In this document: piece after piece, positions 46,401 through 57,545 of the stretch
Layout: every line of letters begins with the position of its first letter
How positions within the stretch are numbered: position 1 is the stretch's first letter
Source of the DNA: Phaeosaccion multiseriatum
Taxonomy: Eukaryota > Protista > Ochrophyta, other classes
Direction: 5' to 3'
DNA: 64,000 nt
Assembly (NCBI GenBank): GCA_965112735.1
Contig: OZ218954.1
Coordinates: forward strand, 2,480,001-2,544,000
Made by a program: the position numbers and the translations under genes
The notes under the pieces: model-generated
What the model saw: only the letters and a program-made list of their open reading frames with translations
What the model was told of the DNA's origin: nothing
Databases searched by the model: none

Positions 46401-49400
46401 GGAGGAGGAGGAGGAGGAGGAGGAGGAGGAGGCTGTCTTGGGCGCGGACGGATACGAATACCCCGAGAGTGACGAAGATGAAGACATGGCGCTGGAGAAG
46501 GAGAAGGCGAGGCGCGCATTTGACAGGTGTGGTGGGTCTGATGCGTCGGGGCTTGGTGAGGATAGATGGCCGGCCTTGTTCAAAGATCTTGGGACGACTT
46601 ACGGCAAGGAGGAGCACGGACAAAAGATGCAGGCACTCGCGGACGGGACTGGGTTGGTGTCAAGAGCTGCTTTCGTGACGTGGTACATTGACTGGCTCTT
46701 CGGGAGCGACGACGAGGAGGAAGAGGACGGCGAGGACGAGGAGGACGAGGAGGAGGACAAGGAGGAGGGGGGCGCGGCGGTAGGGGCAGCAGTGAAGAGC
46801 GATAGTTTTGGCGGTGTGGGCAAGTTGACTGCGGGGCAGTGGAAGTGCCCGAGCTGCCTGGTTCCCAACGCACGGGATGTGGTGGAGTGTGCTGCCTGTG
46901 GTACTCTGAACCCCACGGCGGCGGCAGCAAGTAGGACGGGAGGAGGTGATAAGGCTGCAGCAGTGCTCTTCGGCGGTAGCAGCAGCAGCAGCGGCATCGG
47001 TGGCCAGAGCTCACTCGCCGCTGCTGGTGGCGACTCGTGTATTGGGTCGGGAGGGTTCAGTTTTGGGGCGAGCTCGGGGGGCAATACGACGTTCTCCTCC
47101 TCTCCTAGTGGCGGCAGCTCGGCAGGTGTGACAGTCAAGGACAGTCAGGCGAGCGGCTCTTGTGCCACATCGACGGGCGGAATCGCGCCTGGCGGATTCA
47201 TGTTTGGTATCGGTGCTGTGGCATCAAGTGAGCAAGGCAGGGTGAAGGACAAGTCGGAGGGAGAGGGCAACAGAGAGGAGGAGGAGCAGGTGGAGGTGGT
47301 GGTGGAGGAGGATGAGGAGGAGGAGGAGGAGGAGGAGGAGGAGGAGGAGGAGGAGGAGGCTGTCTTGGGCGCGGACGGATACGAATACCCCGAGAGTGAC
47401 GAAGATGAAGACATGGCGCTGGAGAAGGAGAAGGCGAGGCGCGCATTTGACAGGTGTGGTGGGTCTGATGCGTCGGGGCTTGGTGAGGATAGATGGCCGG
47501 CCTTGTTCAAAGATCTTGGGACGACTTACGGCAAGGAGGAGCACGGACAAAAGATGCAGGCACTCGCGGACGGGACTGGGTTGGTGTCAAGAGCTGCTTT
47601 CGTGACGTGGTACATTGACTGGCTCTTCGGGAGCGACGACGAGGAGGAAGAGGACGGCGAGGACGAGGAGGACGAGGAGGAGGACAAGGAGGAGGGGGGC
47701 GCGGCGGTAGGGGCAGCAGTGAAGAGCGATAGTTTTGGCGGTGTGGGCAAGTTGACTGCGGGGCAGTGGAAGTGCCCGAGCTGCCTGGTTCCCAACGCAC
47801 GGGATGTGGTGGAGTGTGCTGCCTGTGGTACTCTGAACCCCACGGCGGCGGCAGCAAGTAGGACGGGAGGAGGTGATAAGGCTGCAGCAGTGCTCTTCGG
47901 CGGTAGCAGCAGCAGCAGCGGCATCGGTGGCCAGAGCTCACTCGCCGCTGCTGGTGGCGACTCGTGTATTGGGTCGGGAGGGTTCAGTTTTGGGGCGAGC
48001 TCGGGGGGCAATACGACGTTCTCCTCCTCTCCTAGTGGCGGCAGCTCGGCAGGTGTGACAGTCAAGGACAGTCAGGCGAGCGGCTCTTGTGCCACATCGA
48101 CGGGCGGAATCGCGCCTGGCGGATTCATGTTTGGTATCGGTGCTGTGGCATCAAGTGAGCAAGGCAGGGTGAAGGACAAGTCGGAGGGAGAGGGCAACAG
48201 AGAGGAGGAGGAGCAGGTGGAGGTGGTGGTGGAGGAGGATGAGGAGGAGGAGGAGGAGGAGGCTGTCTTGGGCGCGGACGGATACGAATACCCCGAGAGT
48301 GACGAAGATGAAGACATGGCGCTGGAGAAGGAGAAGGCGAGGCGCGCATTTGACAGGTGTGGTGGGTCTGATGCGTCGGGGCTCGGTGAGGATAGATGGC
48401 CGGCCTTGTTCAAAGATCTTGGGACGACTTACGGCAAGGAGGAGCACGGACAAAAGATGCAGGCACTCGCGGACGGGACTGGGTTGGTGTCAAGAGCTGC
48501 TTTCGTGACGTGGTACATTGACTGGCTCTTCGGGAGCGACGACGAGGAGGAAGAGGACGGCGAGGACGAGGAGGACGAGGAGGAGGACAAGGAGGAGGGG
48601 GGCGCGGCGGTAGGGGCAGCAGTGAAGAGCGATAGTTTTGGCGGTGTGGGCAAGTTGACTGCGGGGCAGTGGAAGTGCCCGAGCTGCCTGGTTCCCAACG
48701 CACGGGATGTGGTGGAGTGTGCTGCCTGTGGTACTCTGAACCCCACGGCGGCGGCAGCAAGTAGGACGGGAGGAGGTGATAAGGCTGCAGCAGTGCTCTT
48801 CGGCGGTAGCAGCAGCAGCAGCGGCATCGGTGGCCAGAGCTCACTCGCCGCTGCTGGTGGCGACTCGTGTATTGGGTCGGGAGGGTTCAGTTTTGGGGCG
48901 AGCTCGGGGGGCAATACGACGTTCTCCTCCTCTCCTAGTGGCGGCAGCTCGGCAGGTGTGACAGTCAAGGACAGTCAGGCGAGCGGCTCTTGTGCCACAT
49001 CGACGGGCGGAATCGCGCCTGGCGGATTCATGTTTGGTATCGGTGCTGTGGCATCAAGTGAGCAAGGCAGGGTGAAGGACAAGTCGGAGGGAGAGGGCAA
49101 CAGAGAGGAGGAGGAGCAGGTGGAGGTGGTGGTGGAGGAGGATGAGGAGGAGGAGGAGGAGGAGGAGGAGGAGGAGGAGGAGGAGGAGGCTGTCTTGGGC
49201 GCGGACGGATACGAATACCCCGAGAGTGACGAAGATGAAGACATGGCGCTGGAGAAGGAGAAGGCGAGGCGCGCATTTGACAGGTGTGGTGGGTCTGATG
49301 CGTCGGGGCTTGGTGAGGATAGATGGCCGGCCTTGTTCAAAGATCTTGGGACGACTTACGGCAAGGAGGAGCACGGACAAAAGATGCAGGCACTCGCGGA

Positions 49401-52400
49401 CGGGACTGGGTTGGTGTCAAGAGCTGCTTTCGTGACGTGGTACATTGACTGGCTCTTCGGGAGCGACGACGAGGAGGAAGAGGACGGCGAGGACGAGGAG
49501 GACGAGGAGGAGGACAAGGAGGAGGGGGGCGCGGCGGTAGGGGCAGCAGTGAAGAGCGATAGTTTTGGCGGTGTGGGCAAGTTGACTGCGGGGCAGTGGA
49601 AGTGCCCGAGCTGCCTGGTTCCCAACGCACGGGATGTGGTGGAGTGTGCTGCCTGTGGTACTCTGAACCCCACGGCGGCGGCAGCAAGTAGGACGGGAGG
49701 AGGTGATAAGGCTGCAGCAGTGCTCTTCGGCGGTAGCAGCAGCAGCAGCGGCATCGGTGGCCAGAGCTCACTCGCCGCTGCTGGTGGCGACTCGTGTATT
49801 GGGTCGGGAGGGTTCAGTTTTGGGGCGAGCTCGGGGGGCAATACGACGTTCTCCTCCTCTCCTAGTGGCGGCAGCTCGGCAGGTGTGACAGTCAAGGACA
49901 GTCAGGCGAGCGGCTCTTGTGCCACATCGACGGGCGGAATCGCGCCTGGCGGATTCATGTTTGGTATCGGTGCTGTGGCATCAAGTGAGCAAGGCAGGGT
50001 GAAGGACAAGTCGGAGGGAGAGGGCAACAGAGAGGAGGAGGAGCAGGTGGAGGTGGTGGTGGAGGAGGATGAGGAGGAGGAGGAGGAGGAGGCTGTCTTG
50101 GGCGCGGACGGATACGAATACCCCGAGAGTGACGAAGATGAAGACATGGCGCTGGAGAAGGAGAAGGCGAGGCGCGCATTTGACAGGTGTGGTGGGTCTG
50201 ATGCGTCGGGGCTCGGTGAGGATAGATGGCCGGCCTTGTTCAAAGATCTTGGGACGACTTACGGCAAGGAGGAGCACGGACAAAAGATGCAGGCACTCGC
50301 GGACGGGACTGGGTTGGTGTCAAGAGCTGCTTTCGTGACGTGGTACATTGACTGGCTCTTCGGGAGCGACGACGAGGAGGAAGAGGACGGCGAGGACGAG
50401 GAGGACGAGGAGGAGGACAAGGAGGAGGGGGGCGCGGCGGTAGGGGCAGCAGTGAAGAGCGATAGTTTTGGCGGTGTGGGCAAGTTGACTGCGGGGCAGT
50501 GGAAGTGCCCGAGCTGCCTGGTTCCCAACGCACGGGATGTGGTGGAGTGTGCTGCCTGTGGTACTCTGAACCCCACGGCGGCGGCAGCAAGTAGGACGGG
50601 AGGAGGTGATAAGGCTGCAGCAGTGCTCTTCGGCGGTAGCAGCAGCAGCAGCGGCATCGGTGGCCAGAGCTCACTCGCCGCTGCTGGTGGCGACTCGTGT
50701 ATTGGGTCGGGAGGGTTCAGTTTTGGGGCGAGCTCGGGGGGCAATACGACGTTCTCCTCCTCTCCTAGTGGCGGCAGCTCGGCAGGTGTGACAGTCAAGG
50801 ACAGTCAGGCGAGCGGCTCTTGTGCCACATCGACGGGCGGAATCGCGCCTGGCGGATTCATGTTTGGTATCGGTGCTGTGGCATCAAGTGAGCAAGGCAG
50901 GGTGAAGGACAAGTCGGAGGGAGAGGGCAACAGAGAGGAGGAGGAGCAGGTGGAGGTGGTGGTGGAGGAGGATGAGGAGGAGGAGGAGGAGGAGGAGGAG
51001 GAGGAGGAGGAGGAGGAGGAGGCTGTCTTGGGCGCGGACGGATACGAATACCCCGAGAGTGACGAAGATGAAGACATGGCGCTGGAGAAGGAGAAGGCGA
51101 GGCGCGCATTTGACAGGTGTGGTGGGTCTGATGCGTCGGGGCTTGGTGAGGATAGATGGCCGGCCTTGTTCAAAGATCTTGGGACGACTTACGGCAAGGA
51201 GGAGCACGGACAAAAGATGCAGGCACTCGCGGACGGGACTGGGTTGGTGTCAAGAGCTGCTTTCGTGACGTGGTACATTGACTGGCTCTTCGGGAGCGAC
51301 GACGAGGAGGAAGAGGACGGCGAGGACGAGGAGGACGAGGAGGAGGACAAGGAGGAGGGGGGCGCGGCGGTAGGGGCAGCAGTGAAGAGCGATAGTTTTG
51401 GCGGTGTGGGCAAGTTGACTGCGGGGCAGTGGAAGTGCCCGAGCTGCCTGGTTCCCAACGCACGGGATGTGGTGGAGTGTGCTGCCTGTGGTACTCTGAA
51501 CCCCACGGCGGCGGCAGCAAGTAGGACGGGAGGAGGTGATAAGGCTGCAGCAGTGCTCTTCGGCGGTAGCAGCAGCAGCAGCGGCATCGGTGGCCAGAGC
51601 TCACTCGCCGCTGCTGGTGGCGACTCGTGTATTGGGTCGGGAGGGTTCAGTTTTGGGGCGAGCTCGGGGGGCAATACGACGTTCTCCTCCTCTCCTAGTG
51701 GCGGCAGCTCGGCAGGTGTGACAGTCAAGGACAGTCAGGCGAGCGGCTCTTGTGCCACATCGACGGGCGGAATCGCGCCTGGCGGATTCATGTTTGGTAT
51801 CGGTGCTGTGGCATCAAGTGAGCAAGGCAGGGTGAAGGACAAGTCGGAGGGAGAGGGCAACAGAGAGGAGGAGGAGCAGGTGGAGGTGGTGGTGGAGGAG
51901 GATGAGGAGGAGGAGGAGGAGGAGGAGGAGGAGGAGGAGGAGGAGGAGGAGGCTGTCTTGGGCGCGGACGGATACGAATACCCCGAGAGTGACGAAGATG
52001 AAGACATGGCGCTGGAGAAGGAGAAGGCGAGGCGCGCATTTGACAGGTGTGGTGGGTCTGATGCGTCGGGGCTTGGTGAGGATAGATGGCCGGCCTTGTT
52101 CAAAGATCTTGGGACGACTTACGGCAAGGAGGAGCACGGACAAAAGATGCAGGCACTCGCGGACGGGACTGGGTTGGTGTCAAGAGCTGCTTTCGTGACG
52201 TGGTACATTGACTGGCTCTTCGGGAGCGACGACGAGGAGGAAGAGGACGGCGAGGACGAGGAGGACGAGGAGGAGGACAAAGAGGAGGGGGGCGCGGCGG
52301 TAGGGGCAGCAGTGAAGAGCGATAGTTTTGGCGGTGTGGGCAAGTTGACTGCGGGGCAGTGGAAGTGCCCGAGCTGCCTGGTTCCCAACGCACGGGATGT

Positions 52401-53109
52401 GGTGGAGTGTGCTGCCTGTGGTACTCTGAACCCCACGGCGGCGGCAGCAAGTAGGACGGGAGGAGGTGATAAGGCTGCAGCAGTGCTCTTCGGCGGTAGC
52501 AGCAGCAGCAGCGGCATCGGTGGCCAGAGCTCACTCGCCGCTGCTGGTGGCGACTCGTGTATTGGGTCGGGAGGGTTCAGTTTTGGGGCGAGCTCGGGGG
52601 GCAATACGACGTTCTCCTCCTCTCCTAGTGGCGGCAGCTCGGCAGGTGTGACAGTCAAGGACAGCCAGGCGAGCGGCTCTTGTGCCACATCGACGGGCGG
52701 AATCGCGCCTGGCGGATTCATGTTTGGTATCGGTGCTGTGGCATCAAGTGAGCAAGGCAGGGTGAAGGACAAGTCGGAGGGAGAGGGCAACAGAGAGGAG
52801 GAGGAGCAGGTGGAGGTGGTGGTGGAGGAGGATGAGGAGGAGGAGGAGGAGGAGGAGGAGGAGGAGGAGGAGGAGGAGGCTGTCTTGGGCGCGGACGGAT
52901 ACGAATACCCCGAGAGTGACGAAGATGAAGACATGGCGCTGGAGAAGGAGAAGGCGAGGCGCGCATTTGACAGGTGTGGTGGGTCTGATGCGTCGGGGCT
53001 TGGTGAGGATAGATGGCCGGCCTTGTTCAAAGATCTTGGGACGACTTACGGCAAGGAGGAGCACGGACAAAAGATGCAGGCACTCGCGAACGGGACTGGT
53101 TCAGTTTAG
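43494..53109 (+). CDS. cyclophilin-type PPIase fused to nine RanBP2-type zinc finger/FG/acidic repeats (multi-exon; final exon ~44420-53109)
   Basis: [39 protein letters not shown]|[23 protein letters not shown]; repeats carry [16 protein letters not shown]. Confidence 0.88.
44950..53099 (+). repeat. coding tandem repeat: 8 full units (927, 918, 927, 903, 927, 903, 930, 930 bp) plus 1 truncated unit
   Basis: Unit spacing read from equivalent ORF starts (45101, 46028, 46946, 47873, 48776, 49703, 50606, 51536, 52466); length differences lie in the (GAG)n tract. Confidence 0.95.
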
Positions 53110-53264
53110 TGCATGGGTTGCACTGATTATGCACCTTGACTTGGTGTATATTCATCCAAAAATACTCGCCAACACTCGCTTCGCATAATCCAAACTGGGA
53201 GCCTATGTCAATAATACACTATTTATCCTTCGACTCCAGCCTCCGAGAACGGAATATCTTTCGT

Positions 53265-54207
53265 GCAAGTGTTATTCACGATCGTGCAGTGGCCGCTGCG
53301 TACAATACCCGATCAATATGTGCCTCGTTCACGCTGCTTGTGCCCCGCCAATGCCCGCCTCCGCCCAGTCAAGAGCGCGCTGCTTCAGCAGCGAAGCCAG
53401 ATTGGGCGTTTTAATGCCGGCCAGGGCTTTCTTTGTGCCTCTCGATCGTGGCAAGCGATGAGTCAGTATAGGCTCATTCCTGATCGTTCAGTGAACGCTG
53501 CGTCCACGGCCTGACCAGCAAATGCTTCACGCTACTTTCACACCGCAAATGCCCGCCTCCCCCCAGCCAAGGGCCAGATTGCGCGTTTTGAGGCCACCCA
53601 AGGCCTTGGTCGTGCCTCTCAAGGCCAACTATTGCGTCAGGAGAGTCATTTGTGCTCGTGCAGTGACCGCTGCGTACTCGGCCCGACCAGCAAATGCCTG
53701 ATTTCACAATTTCTGGGTACCCATTGAGAGGCCTCGCTCCTCCTCATCCAGTCGTCGTCAATGTTGGGGGATAAGCCTTTTCACTAAGAGTGCAGTCCTG
53801 AGAGGGACTCACCTCGGGGCACACACAATGCTTTTGCCCCGCAAATGCCCACCTCCGCCTATCCAAGGGCCAGATTGAGCATTATGAGGCCGGCCAAGGC
53901 CTTGGTCGGGCCCCAATTGCGTCAGTAGCGTCATTTCTGATCGTGCAGTGACCGCTGCGGGCACGGCCAGGCCAGCCAACGCCTCATTCACGCTCCTTGT
54001 GCCCCGCAACTGCCCGCCTCCGCCCAGCCAAGAGCCAGATTGGGCGTTTTGAGGCCGGCCAAGGCCTTGGTCGTGCCTCTCGGGTCCAGAGATTGTGTCA
54101 GTAGGGTCATTTGTGATCGTGCAGTTACCGCTGCGTACACGGCACTACCAGCAAATGGCTGATTCACGCTGTTTTTGCCCCGCAAATGCCCACCTCCGCC
54201 TATCCAA
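53265..54207 (-). repeat. ~5 diverged monomers related to the 177-bp satellite, in inverted orientation
   Basis: TTGTGCCCCGCAA.TGC and GCCAGATTGGGC match the reverse complement of the satellite's GCATTTGCGGGGCACAA and GCCCAATCTGGC; spacing ~175-200 bp. Confidence 0.75.
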
Positions 54208-54909
54208 CACAGGTGACAGGTGGCCCTCTCACCACAGGCAAATGTGTTCTCACTTGAGAGACGAAGACCCTCTTGCTCTCAAATGAGAGCGCCCCAAAAA
54301 AGAGAGGGTTTGGTCTTGAGAAGGTGGTGTCGCTGTGGGCTGGTGGAAAAGTGAATAAGATCGGTGCCTGAGTCAACCCTGACGGGATACGACAAATTCC
54401 GTGGCTTGAAATATCCTCGAGGGTCTCAACTCATAGCGTCTCCAGAGTATCGTGGGCTCTCAATTGAGACACCTGCGAGATGAGAGTACAGTGGGTCTTC
54501 AATTGAGAGCAGGGCTTGGTGTAAAGAGCGTATCACAACGACGAAGACATTTTTGGGAGGCGCTTGCTTGACTCTTCCGCAGCATCAGCTGCACGCATAT
54601 CAACCACTCTCAAAGGCTAAGAGCCTCCGGCAGGCTGCAGGAGCACATAGATCCCGCTGATCCCCACTGATGCATGTACTCGTGCTTACCCGGGAGAGAG
54701 CGCAAGCCGGAGATTTTGCATTGCCCACCAACTATGGAGAGCCAGGCAAGTTTGAAGAACCCCCACCACAACTGGCGACTAGCCAGTGTATGAACAACAT
54801 AAACCATTTCTTTCCCCCCCTTTTTTTTTATAGTTGTTTTTTGTGTACTGGCTTCCCTACAATGTAATGGCCCAGAAGTTGCGAGTGAACTGCAAAAATC
54901 ACATCCACA

Positions 54910-56245
54910 ATGCCCGCGAACTCTCCCGGTTATTTACAACTGTGTAGACTTCTGGGTGACACAGTCGAGCTTATACACAACGGTTCTGACGAAACATCAG
55001 AGCCAGGAGACATTATTATGGAGCTTGCAGAGGTAGAAACTCTTCATGACAAGAATCCTGGGTTCTCTTTGCCCTTTGGAGAGGAGCTATCCAGCTCAGG
55101 ACAAGTTGTGGTGGGAGGCATACTTGAGACAGGTGCCACGTATCGAGGTTCTCTCTTTCCCCTCCAAGTCAAGAGGATACTTGTTTTATTGTGGAGGATG
55201 ACTTGGTGCGCATTTTGACCATGGACAACATCCAGTACATCTCTCATTATATAGTGTTGTTTGGTCGACGGTGGATGTATTTGAAGAGAGAACGATGCGC
55301 TTTTACATCGCCAATGCGGACCATCAGGGTGTGGCACTGGACGACGAGGAAGAGATGGACATGCTCAAGCAGGATATCAAGGAGCAGTATTCTCTCCGTG
55401 TGATGGAGAAGGATGAAGTTGAGTGGCGACCTTGCGACAGTCGAGTGGGTATTGACAAAGAAGGTGCAATCTACTTGGAGATTCAGAGGACACAGTTTTG
55501 TCACTGTTGTGTCATCGAGGAGCTCACGGACATGGAGCGAGGCGAGCCCTTTGTGGTCAAAGATTTGTTACAGAGGCGAAAGACGTGCTTTACTACGCAA
55601 CCCTTCTTACAGTCCAATGCGATCTCCCCTTCGTCACCCTCTCCGAAGAAGGGTATCAAGTCTGTTGTTCGCAGCTTCGTCAAAGGGGAACCCAAAATCC
55701 GCTTTCGTCGCAAAGGTCGAAATCAATCGAATGTCAGAGACAATTGTGTGTTTGTTGCCAATTTCTCTCTCCAGGAGATCAACGCTGTGTTGGAGGGTGT
55801 GGGGAAGGGGGCACTTGGAGGATTATGGAATCAGAGCCCTTGGTACCCAATCGAGGTTTTGTGTGTATTTGCGAAAAGGGACTACGTCTACGAGGAGGCG
55901 AGCTCGGCTCGGGCTGGTGAACTGGAGCTGGGTGCAGATAGAGCGAGGATGGCAGCTAATCAAGAGCGTGCCAGAAGCTTTGTATGGGATGCCAATGCGC
56001 AATTTGAGGGCCGAGAACTTCGACCAAAGCGAGACGATGGACTGATCTCTGGTACATCCTTTGACTTCAACACGAACACAGCTACGATACGGTACTTCTT
56101 ATGGACACCCGATCACAAATCTGAGGGGAAAATGTGGACGTGGGGGTGCAGTGGTGACAAGGTTGGAAATTCTTTGTCAATGGGGAAAGTTGTCATCTTC
56201 AATACAACATACATGACATCCATGAAGCGAGTGGACCACTTCTGA
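54910..56245 (+). other. orphan ORF (324 aa, 55271-56245) with overlapping upstream ORF pieces in other frames; possible decayed element gene
   Basis: Protein-like composition; no motif recognised; adjacent ORFs 54910-55218 and 55191-55403 suggest frameshifts. Confidence 0.45.
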
Positions 56246-57545
56246 AGAGACATTTAAAAAAAAAACGTGGGACCATGACTCTCTCTACGGCGGAGAGACG
56301 ATGTCACCGTCCCAGGAGGAGAGAGAGAAGGAGGAAAGGAGAAAGAAGAGGAGGAGGACGAGTTGAGGTGAGTGGGTGGATATGCAGCAGCGAAGCCACG
56401 TACTTTGTCGCACATGTACCTTACATTACACTTTCTTCTTCCTATACCATGCCGCAGGTCAAGCATCACTAGCAGGACAAGGCACACGACCACCCGCCGT
56501 GTTTGTATGTTGCACAAAGAGGGTGGGTTAGGGCGATATGGGGGGAAGGGGGGGCAGTGGGGTTGGATGGGATGGGGTGGTGGGGTTAGCGACACACATG
56601 TCATGAACACGCGCGTACGCATGATGTTCGTATGTACATGCATGTCTTATGCATATAGTGTATGACATATGAGGGTGATGGGCGGAGGGGACGCACAAGT
56701 GCACGTGATATACATCAGAGAGGGGGTGCACTGGCGGCTGGGTGGGGGGTGCACATATGATGGGGGCGGAGCGGGGACACGGCAAGGACAGGGCAGTCAG
56801 AGTAGACTATAGACTATCATGTAGAGAAGAGTGGGTGTAGACATGGGAGACACGCATTGAAATACTTGCTTATACCACCTTCTCGAAGAAAAAACTCTAG
56901 GCTAGCTAGACGCGAGCACCTGGCTGCTAGCACGTCAGGCCCAGGCTCTCAAACTTCTACTAGATACGTGTGCGTAGCGCAAGCTCTTGCAACCGTTTGC
57001 ATTGGGGGCACCTCTTGTGTTTGCGACAAGTAGCATGACACAAGTAAGCACACGGCATCTTCACCCTCACAAGAGAAGCAGTCGGGCCCTACTGCGATCC
57101 TTGCTTTCCTGCACCATCAGTCTCTACTCTCCTCCCTGCTTGTACACGCTCCCGTACCTGCTCTCTTATCTCCTTCAATCACGGTAGGGTGGCGAGTACA
57201 GCAGGGCTTCTCCTCTTCTGAGCTCGAGCAGCAGAGAACACTGCTTACCATCTGCTGCCATACATATTTCTATCCTAAAAACCCCTCGGGGTCCACACAC
57301 GCGCCCACGCACCACACCCTACCCCTCAGCTCTCAATACCGTGCTTATCCGTCGACTCCATTGCACTCTGCGAGAACAGAACTTCCGTGGCTCAGCTGCA
57401 GACGCAGCGAAACCTTCCTTTTGAGACCAACCTACGTGCAGACAGTAGGAGGCTCTCAATTGAAACCCAAGGCGGCTCTTAGTAAGGCTCTCAGATGAGA
57501 ACTAGGCCCTCAGTTGAGCTCTAAAGGACCACCTGTCCACCTGTG

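Noticed and set aside
44469-53188. Many repeated antisense and alternate-frame ORFs
   Set aside because: Shadows of the coding tandem repeat
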